Of a stretch of 64,000 bases of DNA, positions 12,101 to 25,500 are shown in pieces. The position numbers and the translations under genes were made by a program. Under the pieces are notes generated by a model that made no database searches, had not been told where the DNA came from, and was given only the letters and a program-made list of their open reading frames with translations. Origin of the DNA: Phoronis australis. Lineage: Eukaryota > Animalia > Phoronida. Position 1 is the first letter of the stretch, and the number at the start of each line of letters is the position of its first letter. Location: NCBI GenBank assembly GCA_002633005.1, contig NMRA01000039.1:489225-553224 (forward strand). The letters are read 5' to 3'.

Positions 12101-15100
12101 CGATGTGGTTGTCATGGTTACCATTGAACAGTATGGTGGCATGAGAAATGGGTTGCCATAAAGGCCAAAACCTGAAAAAGCAGAGTATTGCATTTCAGAA
12201 TGTAGATCGATTTGAACTCGAAAAGATGAGAATTCAACAATTCTTCACTTATTTCACACGGAAATAATTGTCAAGACGGTATTTCTCTATTTTTCAAACG
12301 CTGATTGCAATGTTGCAAAAATGGAAGCTTCATCAGATGTTATTTTATGACATCTAGACTGTTCAATCCTAGCTAATAATGGGCAGTTTTCTTGATTTTG
12401 ATTTTTCTTGAGTAATTTGAAAAAATAAAATTTCACTTATTTTCTAATATTGCATGCTTAATCGGTGAAGAATTACTGCAACACGAGCGTTGGAGTGTGT
12501 CAGTGTGTTACATCACACAGATGGTCATATCACTCAATAAACATTCTACAAGGAGAAAATTTAGAAACGAAATTTTCAAAAGGGAATAATTGTGCTGGAT
12601 TACGTTAAAAGCATCAGTATCTCGTAATTACGATCAGTTAGATGTACCAGTGGTTGGGGAAAAAGCAGCGCGGCAGATACAGGCACAAGTCTACAGAGTC
12701 TGCCATCTTGTGATTTATTTCATGTGTTGAATATTCAGAATAATCAGGATTGAAAACCAAGCAAGCCCACTAGAAAATTCAGAGGCCACACATGCTAGCT
12801 CTGCGGTGCTCCTATTCGTTAAATGTACACAGTGACATTTGAATGCACGACCTGTGCAAAGAAACAAAGGGAGTTTCAAAACACCCAGAGTATAAATCAA
12901 AAGCTTTAAACAATTTGGGGGGACATCAGGGGTTTGTTTAATGAAAAGTGACAAAAAATGTACTCAGAAAATTTGACTTACGTTCCCCCTTCACAATTAC
13001 TGAAAAAAGAATAAATTCTTGCCATGTAATTGTTAGCACATCACAGTTCAGAAATAATAAGTAAGTATGTGAGAAATTATCTACAGCAGTATATTTTCAG
13101 AGGCCCGATACTTTTGTTGCAGTTAGGTAAAATTATTTTTGAGAAACAGCTATGTGGAGCCAAAGACAAAACTTCTGACTTAAGTCACTTTTCATGCAAC
13201 AGTCCCCAGAGTGTATAAAGCCCCAAGGCTGCCATGGACCCGCCTTCCAATAGAAATAACTTAAGCCTCAGACCACTTAACCATGATTGGTTTCAAAGGT
13301 TTCACTAACCCAGATGACAAGTGATTTCTGAGTTTGGTGAGAACCAATAAGTTTGATACTGCTTGAGACCAGACTTAACAAGCTAGCAGCTTAACTTATA
13401 TGCCAAAAACGGTCTCGCGTAAGAATGACCTGTCAGTTTTTTTTCATCAAATGCGAAAACGAAACAAGGTGAATCAAGTTTTGAAATCGTAAATCGAGTT
13501 AATCAAAAGTTACTTTCTTGGTGGAAGGTCATGACAGCAGTGATATGGACAGGGTTTCTTCACCACAAAGGCATATTCTGAGTTGACCAACTGTTTATAA
13601 TAAATAAAAACCGCCTTTTTCTCAAATTTGACTGATTAATATATTATGTTGATTGAATGCTGAATTTAAAACAATACGGTGTTCGCTTGTTGTTCACTGT
13701 AAAATTGAGGTGTGACTGAACGGCTTGAATAGGGCCAACTAAAAACTTTTCACTTAACATCAACCCCGTCGGTCAACCCAAACAGGGGAACAGACAATCG
13801 AGATGTTCCCCACAGGGGGGCTTACTTTTCTGAGCGGCGGTGGGGTCGCGCAGCAATGCCTCGAAGTTGATTGCATCAGAGACTGTGCCAAGCCCAGTCA
13901 CCGAAGAACTGAAGCTGTTAGCCAAACTGTTCAGGCTGCTGGCGAAATAGTCGTACCCCGAGCTGGATGCCAGCTGCCGGGCGTGCTCCGAAGCGGTAGT
14001 TGCTGCATGCCAGTACTCGGCGCCACCTAGCAGCAGAGGTTAAAGTTAGCAAAGGTGTGGGGAAAATGTTAGGGACAGGAATGCTTGTACATAGGGTGGT
14101 TTTCAAAAGAGCAATGACAAAGCTTTGCCACGGCCAACTTGCCTAAAACTATGACGCAAATCAGTGGCAAACTAAGAAAAAATGTCGACAAAATTATCCA
14201 ACAATTTTGCAAGCACAGAAAAGAAACAGGACTGGTAAAACTATCCATGGACACCAAAGAAAAGGAGGGACAAAGAAAATGAAATCAGAAAAGACCGCTG
14301 GCAGTAAAAAGAGAATTGTATAACTGTAACAAACAATCTGTCACTATGTCGATTAGCCGTAGTCAAGTTATGAAAGTCTCATGCTACTTTGTTACATAAT
14401 AATAGTGACCAATCATCCTACAGCTACCTGCCATTGAAGCCTGAGTTTCTGTCTCAAGCTCAGTTCTGCGATGCCGATAAACTTCAAATGGAAATTCATT
14501 GTCTTCAATGTCCCTGTTTTCCCGGAACATTGACACAGAAATCACGCTGTGCCGTGCTGTTAGGTAAAGCCTTAACAAAGTGTCAAATAGGGCAATGGTG
14601 TTCACAGGCTGTTGGAAAATTACTGACTCCGAAACCATAACTACCAGCACACCGTTAGTACTACGGAAAAGATACGCTAGAAAAGATACGCAGAAAACTT
14701 ACACTGACGGGAGAATTTCAACAAGACATATAATCAGAAGCAAATGGAAACAATTCTTCAGTGCTGGACAAAAATAATTGCTAAAGTCATTTTTCTATTT
14801 TTGAAAGGTTTGCTACTACACGGGTAAAAAAGGCTCAAAATGTTACGAAAATGTTTGGCGACAGTCCTACTACACAGAATGCCATATGTTAACAAAGTAC
14901 AGTAAAATTTTCTCCGCTTTTTGTGGTGAAATTGATTAAAATCGAACACAGTTGCTTTCCACCACATTACTGAACAGAAGAAGTTGCTTTGTAAAATCCC
15001 TTCTTGCAAAATTTCTGTCCAAACACACCAACATTTAAATTGTAAATGGTTCAAAGCACTGGTAACTGAAGTAAATGTTAGTATTTTCAGGCCAATACAA

Positions 15101-18100
15101 GCTAATGAATGTATCAGTAAATAGCCACCATGGTGTTAGACAAACATAGCAAAACAAATCAAAATTTTAAAAAGTTCAATAATCAGCATTAATAAAATTT
15201 GAAAATTGAAGACAACTAAAGTTTGTTACAGTGCTTAAGTACATCACTTTACCTGTAAGTGACCTGATCAAGGTAAAACACTCCACTTACCTGGCAGGAA
15301 AGCGGGATTCATGGGCGAGTGAAGGGGAGAGCCAAGTCCTTCGGGGTACATGCCGAGCCCGCTGTAGGGTGCGGCGGCAAATGCAGGGTGACGGGCCATC
15401 ATGGCTGAATAAGCCTGCATCTGCGCAGCGGCCAATTGAGCATATGCAGTAGCTGGGCCAGAGGAGGCGAGAGCGTACGGGTTCTGACCTGGTAAAGGAT
15501 GAAAGCACTTATCAGTATTATAAGAAAATCAACCCTTTCGGAAATTCGTTTCAGAAAGTTGCCCTAATTTTCGATACTACAATCAGCTTAGTCCAGCACA
15601 TTGCCTTATGTTTAATGAAGAAAATCTTCACATCATCGTCAAAAAGCATACTGCTACATCAACAATTTCTACATATTGATAAGGACATATTAGCATTATG
15701 TTCACAGAAGAGCCATCTAGTTATATTTGGCAGTTCATGACTAAACCTTGGTATTTTCACAAAGACACTTTGGCACCACAATATTCAAGACCAGTGGTTG
15801 GAATGCTTTTATTTTACTTTCCATAGCAGCTGGTCAGTGTAAATAGAGGACCATAAGACCCCAATCCCTCCTTAACTAGTCAGTGACAACGAATCCCAGG
15901 GCAAAGGAAAATAAAAGTGTTTTTTGTTTAAGCAATGTTTCAAGAGTAAAGTTCCTGAAAACAAATAGGCTTTCAGCTGACTAGCTTAGAGTTACTCAAT
16001 CTTTGATCGGCTTTGATTTGTTAGACATTGAGTTTTCAGTTGTATTTTTTTTCAACAGGCATGTCCATTTTTAATTGACATAATAAACTTTGACAAGATT
16101 AGGTGGTCTTACAAAACAACTTTTCTGGGGACACAATTTAAATAAATTTTTGATTTGATTTTTGTTATAGAATGCACATAGCTTTGGGAGTTGGACTCAG
16201 ACTAGTCATTGACCCCATATTTGCAACATTAGTGAACATAAAGTTGTCAGAATAAGATGTTTTCCAGTCAACTTGGTGGTGTCATAGCTGGAGTTCTCCT
16301 GCAGTCTAGGTTAAACATGGCCGGCTTAATGGTTTGACCTCGTACCCCGCCTTTTGGTGTCGGTGATTCCTGACCATGATTTTCACTCCTCAGAATGAAA
16401 TTACGGTAACTTCAGGAAAGCAGGACACTTATTTTTAAGAAAACTCTGGCACGGGTTTAGAATTTAGATTTTAAGGGAAGTTGCTGTTGCCACTGAGCTA
16501 TGAGGTCGAGCTGTGGCAACCAAACCGCGGTTAGACTTGACTGCACGTTTACGCAGGTTGCGACAGTTCACACTAATGGACCGATTATGAAAGAAGTTCT
16601 GTGGAAGCAGCCAACTCAAGAATTCTATATAGGCCTGCTATCTAATCCAGTTATGTATGTTATTAAATATGTGTATTCTGCCCTTAAAAAGAAGAGCACA
16701 ACTTTTTAATGGGTTGAATGTCTGTGCAAATACGCTTTTTTAATTTATGTTTATTATACTTTGTACCACAGGCTGTTCATACAAATAAACTATGACATGA
16801 CATGACAAGTTAAAAAGAGACAAATACAGTTGGTCATTGCCAATTTTTCCATGAAGTGCAAGTACACTTAATTTTACTAACAGGAGAATTGGTAATCTCC
16901 AATTCACACTGAATTAAGTACTCTCTTGGTGGAGTGTCTGGGATGACATGACTTTTGATTCACTACTCAGGTTGCGACAGTTCATAATGGCGGAAATTAA
17001 AAACAGACATACATGGCAGGTCACCTACAGGTTAGCTTTTCCGCAAAGTGTAAAAATTAAGCTAGTAAGATTTGTAATCTCCAGTGGAGTGTAAGAGATG
17101 TTTATAACTTTTGTTTCACTCTTCATACTATCCCCACAATTACTACAAAAATACCATGTCACGTCCTTTCCCTAAAATTACATAAATGCATGAAAAGGTG
17201 CAAATAAAAGCATGATATTGAGCAAAAAAAAGTTTCACAAAATTGTGTCGTATAACTTCAATATAATATAGATACCATACTGAAAAATTCTCAATTGCTC
17301 ATATTGTTTTAACACTTTAAACCCCACAGACCAAGTACACGAAATGCACCAGCAATGTAACCATTTTATAGAAGTTCAAACTGAGCCAGTTTAATCCTCT
17401 GAAGTGTCAAAGAGTTTCCCTTCCAAGATTGTCCCTAGAAGGGGTCTCCTGACTTTTAGAACACACCAAGAGTAACACTAGTGACATTGCTTACTATGGC
17501 CATCGGTGTCTCCCCAGTCCCTGACAAAAAAATATTTAAGAATCACGCACAAAAATTCCCTCATCTGGCCTAAAATACCCCTCCGATGATTAAAAAAATT
17601 AACTTTTGACTTCATCCAATCTACCATTGATTGGGTCACGTGACGACATTTTTTAGAAAAATTTAGCAAAAAGGTACAATGATAGGAGAACAATAGTATC
17701 AATATCATGACCAAAATCCTTGTGACATAAGTGTTCAAGATGAAATCTCAAAAAACAGAGTAACCATTTCGTTTTATCCAACTTTTCATTTCTTTCCGAA
17801 AAATCACATACCGGTAAGTCTTCTATTTGATAGCCTCTCAAGCAGAAGTGAATCAATTTAATTTTTCGTAACAGTGTTTTTGAAAAACATTGCATAGACC
17901 ATATTATGTGAAAGTTTCCTTTGGATCTGATCAGCCATTTCTCCTATTATGATTTTCCAAATTTGATCACATTCGGACATTTTTCTAGGGCCCAGGGTTT
18001 GGAATAACCAGTGACAAACTGGAAACCAAATAAAAGAAAATCAAAACCAAAAAAGGGAAATCCTCTTAAAAGAGGAAAATTCCAAGCCCTCAGGGATCTA

Positions 18101-19798
18101 CACAACCTTATATGACACACTTAACTTCCCTTCATCTGCACACACCCGCGCAGGCACGCACGCACGCACGCACGCACACACACACAGTGCAAAGCATTTC
18201 TTGCATACACAACACATGCCCCTTTACCCATCTGACTTTAATGGATACAATGATACCTTAGGTGGCCTAACTACAGCGTCAATAATATAAACAGATGCCC
18301 TGCTCAATAACAGCCAGCCAGTCTTGAAACCAAATATATCCTGCTCTGAGGAATCTGCTGATAATCACATGTAGAAAACAGTCTCACAGTGGAACATATT
18401 TAATTAGGCCAGGCTGCCATTCACCAAGTCAAATCACAGCCCAACAATAAGTGAGATGAATACTGTTAATGTCTGATCTAACCACATCTATCACTACAGT
18501 AAAATGTCATTAACTTCACACAGAAATAACTGCCAAAATGCACTTTTGTCATTTCTCATGTGACTGCCCACAATGAAGTCAGATGCTACCGGTGTGTACA
18601 AAATTTGGTGCTGCACTGAATGGAAAAAATAAAATTTCACTTGTCGGCCATACTGTGTTCTAAATTGGTGAGATTTCTCCGTAAGACCCATGCTTTCAAA
18701 TACCCCTAAAATGTTGCATTGCCACTGATGCAAGCTCTGCATAACGGTGATACACCACAGGCCCCAGTCTTAGGTAGGGTAAAACCTCACAAATTTCCGA
18801 CAAACATAATTGCCACAATTGATCTTGTTCATTCACTTTTCAAAGCTTTCAAACACTGCCATGAATGCACACAATGTCTCAGAGTCACTGTCTGATGGTA
18901 CCTGTGGTATTTATCTTAAAAACCATACAGCATTGATTTGGTGCCACTCGTATTTTTAGGAGAAATGAAGAAATACATTTCATTCGTCGGCCACATTGTG
19001 TGGTATACGGTAAAGCGACGGACAGTTGAACCAGGTTTTTGACAAACACATATTTGCTGGAAACCAATCAGACTTCACAGTGACCCCTCTACCCCTGGCC
19101 TGCGCTACCAACAGTCCTGACAATCATGCCCAGGCAATCATGTGTATCTTAAGGAGAAAGATCCCAGTGCCTTTTGAGAGGGTAATTTTTTTCCTGTGAG
19201 GGGGAAATTTTCTGACAGGTCGCCACACACCAACAATAACACCTCCATCCCGCAGCAACCACACCACTGCATGTTACCAGCCCTCATCGGTTCTGCCTCA
19301 TCTACCTGTTCAAGTACTCGCCTGTGAGAGTTACAAGAGATTCTAACCTTGAGAGGATTTTTGCAAATTAAGCAGAATTTTTCAGCATTTCGAGGGGAAA
19401 TTTTCAACCTGACGAGGGTAATTTTGTGAGATTTTCATATATTATTCAAAGGGGACTAGGGATGATATTCGAACCCATAAGTGGGGCATCGGAGGCCCCG
19501 TTAATCTACATGAATTTATCATTATTAAACATGTATCAGAAATTACAGGAACCAATCAAGAAGTGGGTCCAGGGGCCCCTAGTCAGCCACTTTGGCTACA
19601 ATGACATAATCTCAATGTTTGCCCCTTGTTGGATTCCCAAGGACAAAATTCTGGATCCGCAGATCAATAACTACAGTCTTTAAAGTCAAAGAATCCTGCT
19701 TTTTATAACATACCCATAAACATGGCCGATTCAAACAAAGCTCTTCGCGCAGTCTCTGAATCTCGATCCGGTGGGGATTTGGCCTTGTCCCCATCCAT
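78..19798 (-). CDS. BAZ2B: BAZ2A/B (bromodomain adjacent to zinc finger 2, toutatis-like), 5' partial; exons 19798-19714, 15488-15291, 14026-13826, 12171-11846, 10573-10463, 8836-8627, 8305-8231, 6922-6752, 5740-5630, 5032-4828, 4283-4085, 3473-3362, 1958-1854, 1252-997, 193-78; continues beyond the left edge
   Basis: All 15 exons have AG/GT boundaries with matching phases and join into an open frame of 2481 nt (827 codons). It contains the MBD/TAM signature EVRIPLEHGWRRETRIR..GDVVYYAPCGK..YL..NGITDLTRENFNFS, an N-terminal PGGAEYW motif and RMERELRAQQLLE, all recalled as resembling vertebrate BAZ2B. Confidence 0.9.
997..1252 (-). CDS. BAZ2B: BAZ2B exon, Lys/Glu-rich coiled coil after the MBD
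   Basis: Lies inside ORF 956..1273; cag|GGC acceptor and G|gtgaga donor. Confidence 0.85.
1854..1958 (-). CDS. BAZ2B: BAZ2B exon, C-terminal half of MBD/TAM (YLATNGITDLTRENFNFSTRVGIGDFLELSNDGNN)
   Basis: ttccag|TAC ... AAT|gtatgt; MBD motif F.F; missing from the ORF track. Confidence 0.9.
3362..3473 (-). CDS. BAZ2B: BAZ2B exon, MBD/TAM core (GWRRETRIRTVGQRGIVGDVVYYAPCGKMLKSLLEINK)
   Basis: Canonical MBD GW.R...YY.P.GK motif; tag| acceptor and |gtaagt donor. Confidence 0.93.
3877..3947. repeat. 34-bp tandem duplication
   Basis: aaaagtacacacttactgaatgtagaaagtaagt x2. Confidence 0.9.
4085..4283 (-). CDS. BAZ2B: BAZ2B exon, Ser/acidic tract and start of MBD (EEEVRIPLEHG)
   Basis: tttatag| acceptor and |gtatgt donor, phases 1/2. 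Confidence 0.88.
4828..5032 (-). CDS. BAZ2B: BAZ2B exon (HEKSKGK...SSSGS)
   Basis: ctttgcag| acceptor and |gtacag donor; in frame with both neighbours. Confidence 0.8.
5300..5675. repeat. degenerate ~120-bp tandem repeat (3 units) derived from an exon end plus donor
   Basis: Recurring cagcca...ccctcccatca...tacatc...gtacctctttg...ccatcttcagc. Confidence 0.7.
5630..5740 (-). CDS. BAZ2B: BAZ2B exon (AQKHKQDDLRERLEAELKQQQLQLKMAKKGLAQHSKE)
   Basis: tttcag| acceptor and |gtactg donor, phase 0/0. Confidence 0.8.
6752..6922 (-). CDS. BAZ2B: BAZ2B exon carrying an AT-hook (PGRPRGRPK)
   Basis: ttttag|GAG ... CAG|gtgaga, 171 nt, open frame. Confidence 0.85.
8231..8305 (-). CDS. BAZ2B: BAZ2B exon (DPESSKKQSEAQGNMSSPKATSEQQ)
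   Basis: ttctcag| acceptor and |gttagt donor, 75 nt, phase 0/0. Confidence 0.72.
8627..8836 (-). CDS. BAZ2B: BAZ2B exon (NAESAKVPP...GKDGEETT)
   Basis: Inside ORF 8501..8842; |gtgagt donor; GC-rich coding composition. Confidence 0.82.
9842..10351. mobile_element. non-autonomous TIR element, CAG(G/A)GCTTGGAAT family
   Basis: TIRs cagagcttggaat / attccaagctctg; internal CCGCGG repeats; the left end plus flank is tandemly duplicated (41 bp, 9784-9864). Confidence 0.7.
10463..10573 (-). CDS. BAZ2B: BAZ2B exon (DVSKDSDDDFLAKEVLNHLKNQQAEFMRREHVLKLQH)
   Basis: atttcaag| acceptor and |gtgagt donor, 111 nt, phase 0/0. Confidence 0.75.
11329..11820. mobile_element. representative of an abundant non-autonomous repeat family (other copies ~5800-6420, 17500-18110, 23700-24320, 25840-26221, 53410-53640); possibly Kolobok-like
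   Basis: Recurrent motifs ctactttcagaaaatatacg and ggacatttttctagggacc; terminus ttaaggtt(a/g)tgtagga. Confidence 0.45.
11846..12171 (-). CDS. BAZ2B: BAZ2B exon, Ser/Thr/Pro-rich
   Basis: Inside ORF 11831..12193; tttcag| acceptor and |gtaatt donor. Confidence 0.82.
13826..14026 (-). CDS. BAZ2B: BAZ2B exon (GGAEYWHAATTASEHARQ...DPTAAQK)
   Basis: GAE.W motif as in the BAZ2B N-terminus; tag| acceptor and |gtaagc donor. Confidence 0.82.
15291..15488 (-). CDS. BAZ2B: BAZ2B exon (GQNPYALASSG...MNPAFLP)
   Basis: ttaccag| acceptor and |gtaagt donor, phase 1/1, open frame. Confidence 0.8.
17993..18090. mobile_element. short member of the same TIR family, nested in the end of another repeat
   Basis: cagggtttggaataaccagtgac ... 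ggaaaattccaagccct. Confidence 0.6.
19714..19798 (-). CDS. BAZ2B: BAZ2B probable first coding exon (MDGDKAKSPPDRDSETARRALFESAMFM); exon acceptor at 19815
   Basis: gagATGG context; G|gtatgt donor in phase with the exon at 15488. Confidence 0.7.
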
Positions 19799-22069
19799 CT
19801 CTCCAACGGCGACACCTGTTGAGAGAAATTAAATTAATCACCATGAATTGGAATCTGAAATCAATGTCTGATTTGGTTTCATTTACTCTATACACCCCAC
19901 AGTAAATAACCGATCTTCAACCCAGCACATCATATCTGCAGAATTTTCCAATGCTAACAAAAACAAAGCACTGGTCGAGGTAAAAATGCTTTACTTTTTA
20001 AACATTGCTTTAAATTTGTCAAGAAGTCAGAAATGAAAACTCTAACAAAATGACCCGAAAAAAACAAGGCTGTAAACTGAAAATGTTGACGTCAATCTAG
20101 CCCAGTCGCAGTGATTAGCATAGCAGTTGGAAGACTCTTCAAACACAATATTATAACAAAACGTTAGATTTCGTCACAAATCAATAATAAGTGGCATGCA
20201 AACTGTGAGAGAGAATAAATACTACACAAGCATGTGTAAGTGAGTGATTAAGAAAATGGATAATTGAAGGTTAGAGAAAAGAGCAGCCATATTGACTTGT
20301 AATTAATCCACTACGGACACGTGAGCTCAGATACATACACATTTTTAGCAGAGAATATCTAGGGCTTTTTCTGGCCAATAGAGTGCTTTTAAACAAGTCC
20401 GTACAGACTTCACTATGAAATGTTTTCAACGAAAACTATTCTAGCTAGCAGCTAACTTTAGTTCAAGTTGTACACTAAGAAAACATGAGAACATCAAGTG
20501 GTGTTCAATAACAAGTTTAAGAAACCACAGAAACACAAAAAGTGTTAAGAAAACCTAATGTCTAAATCATGAATAAAAAAGTTTCACCGATTTAGATTGC
20601 AACATGGTGGACAAGTGAAATTTCATTATGTATTTTTCTCCTCAAAAGCTATCAAAAAAATGCTTATCACTTCTACGTTCCATAAAAGAAGGCAACTTTA
20701 TCCATCAGTAAATGTTTTGAGCGATTATGGACATTCACAACTGTTTAAGATTTTCGAACAATGTAAAACGTGCAATTTTGGAAATTATCGTTATCTGAAA
20801 TAGGTGAGATTTCACTCAACATTGTGTACATTATGTGGCCCACAGGTGGCGTGCAGAACAGACTTAATATGTTTGTAATCCCGCACTATTGTAAGACAGC
20901 TTTAAGTTAAACTTGATGTTAAACAGATATGGATACCATATATCTTAGGAACAACTGCAATTCTGCAATTTTTGTAATGGCAATCTTTTGGCATTATACA
21001 CCTGCTTAACAGATATTGTACTTAAATAACATGATCAATTTCAATCCACAGATTAACAACTATTATACACTAACTTGGTCAATAAACTTAACTCAGCAAC
21101 CTTTATGTACTCAATGAGGCTAACAACTGGAATTTTATCTAGTCAAATNCCCCCCCCCCCCCCCCCGTGAATAGAGCTACGCACAGTTACAAGCCCATTT
21201 GTAGATCCCAGTTTCAAGCAGTAACGAACTGTCAGTAAACTCTCGAAGCTCTGAAATCGCCTCCACCTCCAATTTGACTAAGGCAAATTTTGAGACCCAT
21301 TTCATAACAGTGAGTGGACTAAAGTTGGTTTAAGCGACGGAAGGCGGGTTGAAGTAGTCTGGTAAAATGACTAAAAAACATAAATGTACCAAGACATCCA
21401 GGGTAAACTTCCAATCAGCGGCAAAAATTATTAATTTTGGGACAAAAAAATGGTAGACAAGAAGACTTTTATTTTGCTAAATTTCTGAAAAAGTAAGAAA
21501 ACCTAAAGTCTTTTGCATCTCAGCGAGATTTGTGCAATATATCAGTGCCACCAAGCATTTGGTGAGATGGAAGATGAGACATAGAATTGGTTGGCATGCA
21601 AATGCAGTATGATAATGTTTCTAACTTTCAACACTCAAAACGAAAGCAATGAGTTCCAGGCTTAAACACATCTAGAACAATCTGTCGCAAAATTTTCTGC
21701 GCATCTTGTTTAAAAGTCAGCCAGCAAAATCGACAAGACCAGGGGCATTTTGACCCCGTTGCTTGTGACAGGCACATATATCGCAAATTGATTTGCAAGC
21801 AGACAAATGCAAAGCAAACTAGCTTGGTTAACAATGACCACTGAACTAGTGGTGAATCATCCTTATGTTATGAACACTAAGAAATAAAACGAGTCTGCTG
21901 CCTACATTGAAGTATCCATATCTTGAATATTGATTAGGCATGAAAGCTTTTACAAAAAGGGGGTAACACTCAGAGATGCAATTAGCGTAATCATGTATAC
22001 CTTCACTAGACGCATTTACCAGAGAACAAAGCATCAAAGCTTAATTGCTCTCGTTATACTAAGTATATA

Positions 22070-22590
22070 CTGTTCTACACATAAAACAAGATGACAATTC
22101 TCTGGCTATTCTGCGCAAGTACAACAGGGCTTTCGCCAAATAGGAAGACAGGTGGAAAATTTGCCCCACTTCTGTTATGCTGTTTTTACACAGGTAACAG
22201 TTGTCACCGCGCAAGTTGTTACGACGCGACTTGCTCCACTTTAGTGACATCAGATCGTAAACTGGATCATCACAAGTCGTTTACAGGAAGACAGTCTGCG
22301 CATGCTTTCATAAACAATAGCGAACGTAGAAACCACGTGGATTACTAGCGTATCACCTGACTATATGCTGTTAAACAACCTTAACAGAGGTGATTCTTTC
22401 CGTCTTGCTCCAGTTTGCTTTAGATGTGTAGAAGAACCTGGAGCCGCAGACGGGGTGCAATTTGCTCTCCCTCTCAAACCAGCGACAAAAACAGCCGCCG
22501 CTGTGTCACACTTGCGCCTGATCAGCTGTTCCGTGTCTGTTGCTCTGTGACACCAGGAGAAGGTCTCCTGTGTAACTGTTACTTTAGATG
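22070..22590 (+). repeat. interspersed repeat, copy 1 (inverted relative to 33375-33905)
   Basis: Shared blocks tgcaatttgctctccctctcaaacc and gcctgatcagctgttccgtgtc. Confidence 0.65.
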
Positions 22591-25500
22591 TCATGATACT
22601 AACGCATCACTACACAGGAGTAATGTGCCAGCAGTTGGACCTCATGTCGCCGGTGTCCAAGTACAAAGCATGGTGTGAAGTTATACCCATCCCATGAAAG
22701 AGGTGACATGTCCTATTTCATCAGCTCAATAAGTGGACTATTATGAATATTGCCACCCTGCCACAAATAATAACCATTGTATCAAAAGTTTGTTAGGGAC
22801 AACTGTAGAGTAAAAACCCTAAATCGGTTTAAACCTGACTTCCATCACAAGAAAACAAATGGCTATTTTGACCACTTACTGTTAAGAAATTGGTCTCAAA
22901 TTATTCCCAGGTGAAAAGGTGAAACTGGAGGTTATATCAGGGCTTCAGACTCAGATATGTAAGAGTGACATGAAATGTAATTTAGACCTGGGCTGGGGTT
23001 CTCCCAACTTGGGGGAAGGAGAGATACCACTGCATTTAGCGATCTTATTGCCTTGGTTAGGAATTCCAATTTTCAAAATCTGAGCTAAAGAATTATTCAG
23101 AATGATAACTGATGATGCTTTGAATTAAATATTAAGATTCAGAATTTGGGCATAACGACAGTGCATGATTTTTGTGTATTAAAAATGTTTAACTTGAAGC
23201 TTTCATTGAGTTGGGTGTGACTTTTTATCATGAATCATCAAGATACCTAATTTTTCCAATACTTCCACCTTCATTTTCAGAATTCCCGTGATGGACCAAA
23301 ACCTGCTAGAACATTTTTAAATCGACGGTAACTTCAGGGCAGTGAGCCAATCAGAAATGACGCACCAAGACTTATAGCGCTTCAGGTAGAGATGTCACTG
23401 AGTTCCACTGATGTATCCCTCAAGATGGGAAGTACAACAGAGGCCAGAGTTTTATTTTACAAGGCTGGTCATGTGAAATCTGACCTCCATTTCTGCTTTC
23501 TGTCAGTATGTATACTGACAAACTGCATTTCCTTTGCTAACAACCCTCAGATGTCAAGTAAGCTTATCTTGAGCTGACAACATTTTACTGTGAAGCTCCA
23601 GCAAGTTAGAATGCCACCCTTACACAAGCCCAATTCAGTTAAATTTCTTCAAAAAAGTAAAGATTAAGTACATTTTAGTGTATTACAACCATGGTACGTA
23701 ATGTGTAGATGTCATAAAGAAACATATACTTAAGTTCCCATTGCTTGCAAATTGACAATTTATTTTTGCGAGAAATAAGTGAAGAACTGCCATAAACTGC
23801 TCGCGCTTTTCACGCAGCAAAAATGCTAGTCAAGTGAACAATTGAAAGTGTCACTTTTGCCAGAACTTTGTTGCCATCTGCATTATTCCAAAAAAGCTGG
23901 CATCTTCGCTGGTACATTTGCAGCCTCTGACAGCTTCCTTCAACGGACAAGCATATGGTATGCGAAGAAATAGGAGGCTAAACAGATAGTGAAATTTTGC
24001 AAACAAGAAAGGAACATTCATAGCAAAACAACGATTTTGATAATGATGACCAAATTTCATTTGATATAAATGCTCGTGATGAATTCTCAAAAATACTGTT
24101 ACTTAAAACTTAAGTTATCATTCTGCTTTCCTAAAACACAACTTTTGAGTTTTTTATAAAACCTTAGAAAATAGAAAATTATAAAAACAATTCCTGAATG
24201 TCTTTTGGAATACAATGCCCAAAGCATAGATCATGAAAGTTTCCTGCAACTCCGATCAGCAACTTGTGAGATGTCATGTTCTGAAGATGGTGAAATTTGG
24301 ACATTTTTCTAGGGACCTACCAAATGCAGCATGTAAGTAAACTAAGGGTAACATTTCATGGCTGGGCAAACAATGGGTTCATATCGATAATATGAAACAT
24401 CTGCAGGCCCCTCGCTCACCATAGGGAAACGGTGCCTGTGCCCTGTGTGAAGGAAATTTATAAGCTGAAGGGAAAATTCCACTTCCCAGTCCCAACGATT
24501 ACCACTAAATCCATCCTCACCAACCGGTCGCCACTCCTCATCAGCAATGCATCAAGTAGAAGTAAGCCCCTACCATTGGAGCATAAAACCTTTCATTGAT
24601 GCACTGAAATTTCTTGACTCAAGCCAGCATTAAAACTGACACAATCATGCCTTATTTTGTCTTGAATGACAAGCATTGCATTCACATTTTAACACAACAC
24701 ACAGCAGCTGATCAAAACAATACATAATATGGGGTGTAGCATATTAGAAACATAGAAATATGAATTGTGGGTTTATGTGTTTGGGTAAAATGACCCAGTT
24801 GGCCGCTTGGCCAACAACTACTAGTGGTCACATAACTGACCGAGTTAGCAGCCAAAATCATACACTTAATGCCACCGGAGTAATAGCAGCCAAAATCATA
24901 CAAATATTAACGTGACCCCAACTGGCCCATAGCTTAGACGTCCTGTGGGTCAAATAACCCATAACCACATATTTTGTAAATGAGTCGCTCAGTGATGTTG
25001 AACTTTTAAAATTGAATCATTTGATTGTCCCTTGACGACAAGATGGCAACGTTTCTTTGAACAAACTATGGACGAAATTCCACTGGGCCTCAAAATCTTG
25101 TTCGAGCAGATGGAGTCATCCTATGCAGACACGAAATACTCCATCGCCACCTTTGGACGGAAAATTTTATCAACATCTTGCTGCATTGAAAAATGGAAGG
25201 ATAAAATGACAACTTCCACTGCGCTTATTTGGATAAACACTTATTTTCAGACTATGTGATTCCTACTGCAGAAGACAATAAGACTTCATGGTGAGGAAAG
25301 GACTATCCATCACAGAGGCTCTGGGAAATGACAGACTTAAAAACAAACTGACCAAAATATAATTATTCAGACCACCAACCCCACAACAAATCACATATTC
25401 TTTGGGGTCGACAATTGGCAAGTACAACTGGTCAACAAGCTGTTGCTATAAACCTCAAACAAGTGCTGGTGAGATAAGACTCACTATATACCTGTTATAG

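Noticed and set aside
21148-21166. Poly-C runs next to n (also ~36835-36848)
   Set aside because: Homopolymers at contig breaks; their length is unreliable.
22365-22550. Similar peptides DGVQ.ALPLKP in ORFs 22365..22550 and 33373..33603
   Set aside because: Explained by nucleotide similarity of two repeat copies; no splice sites or known domain support coding.
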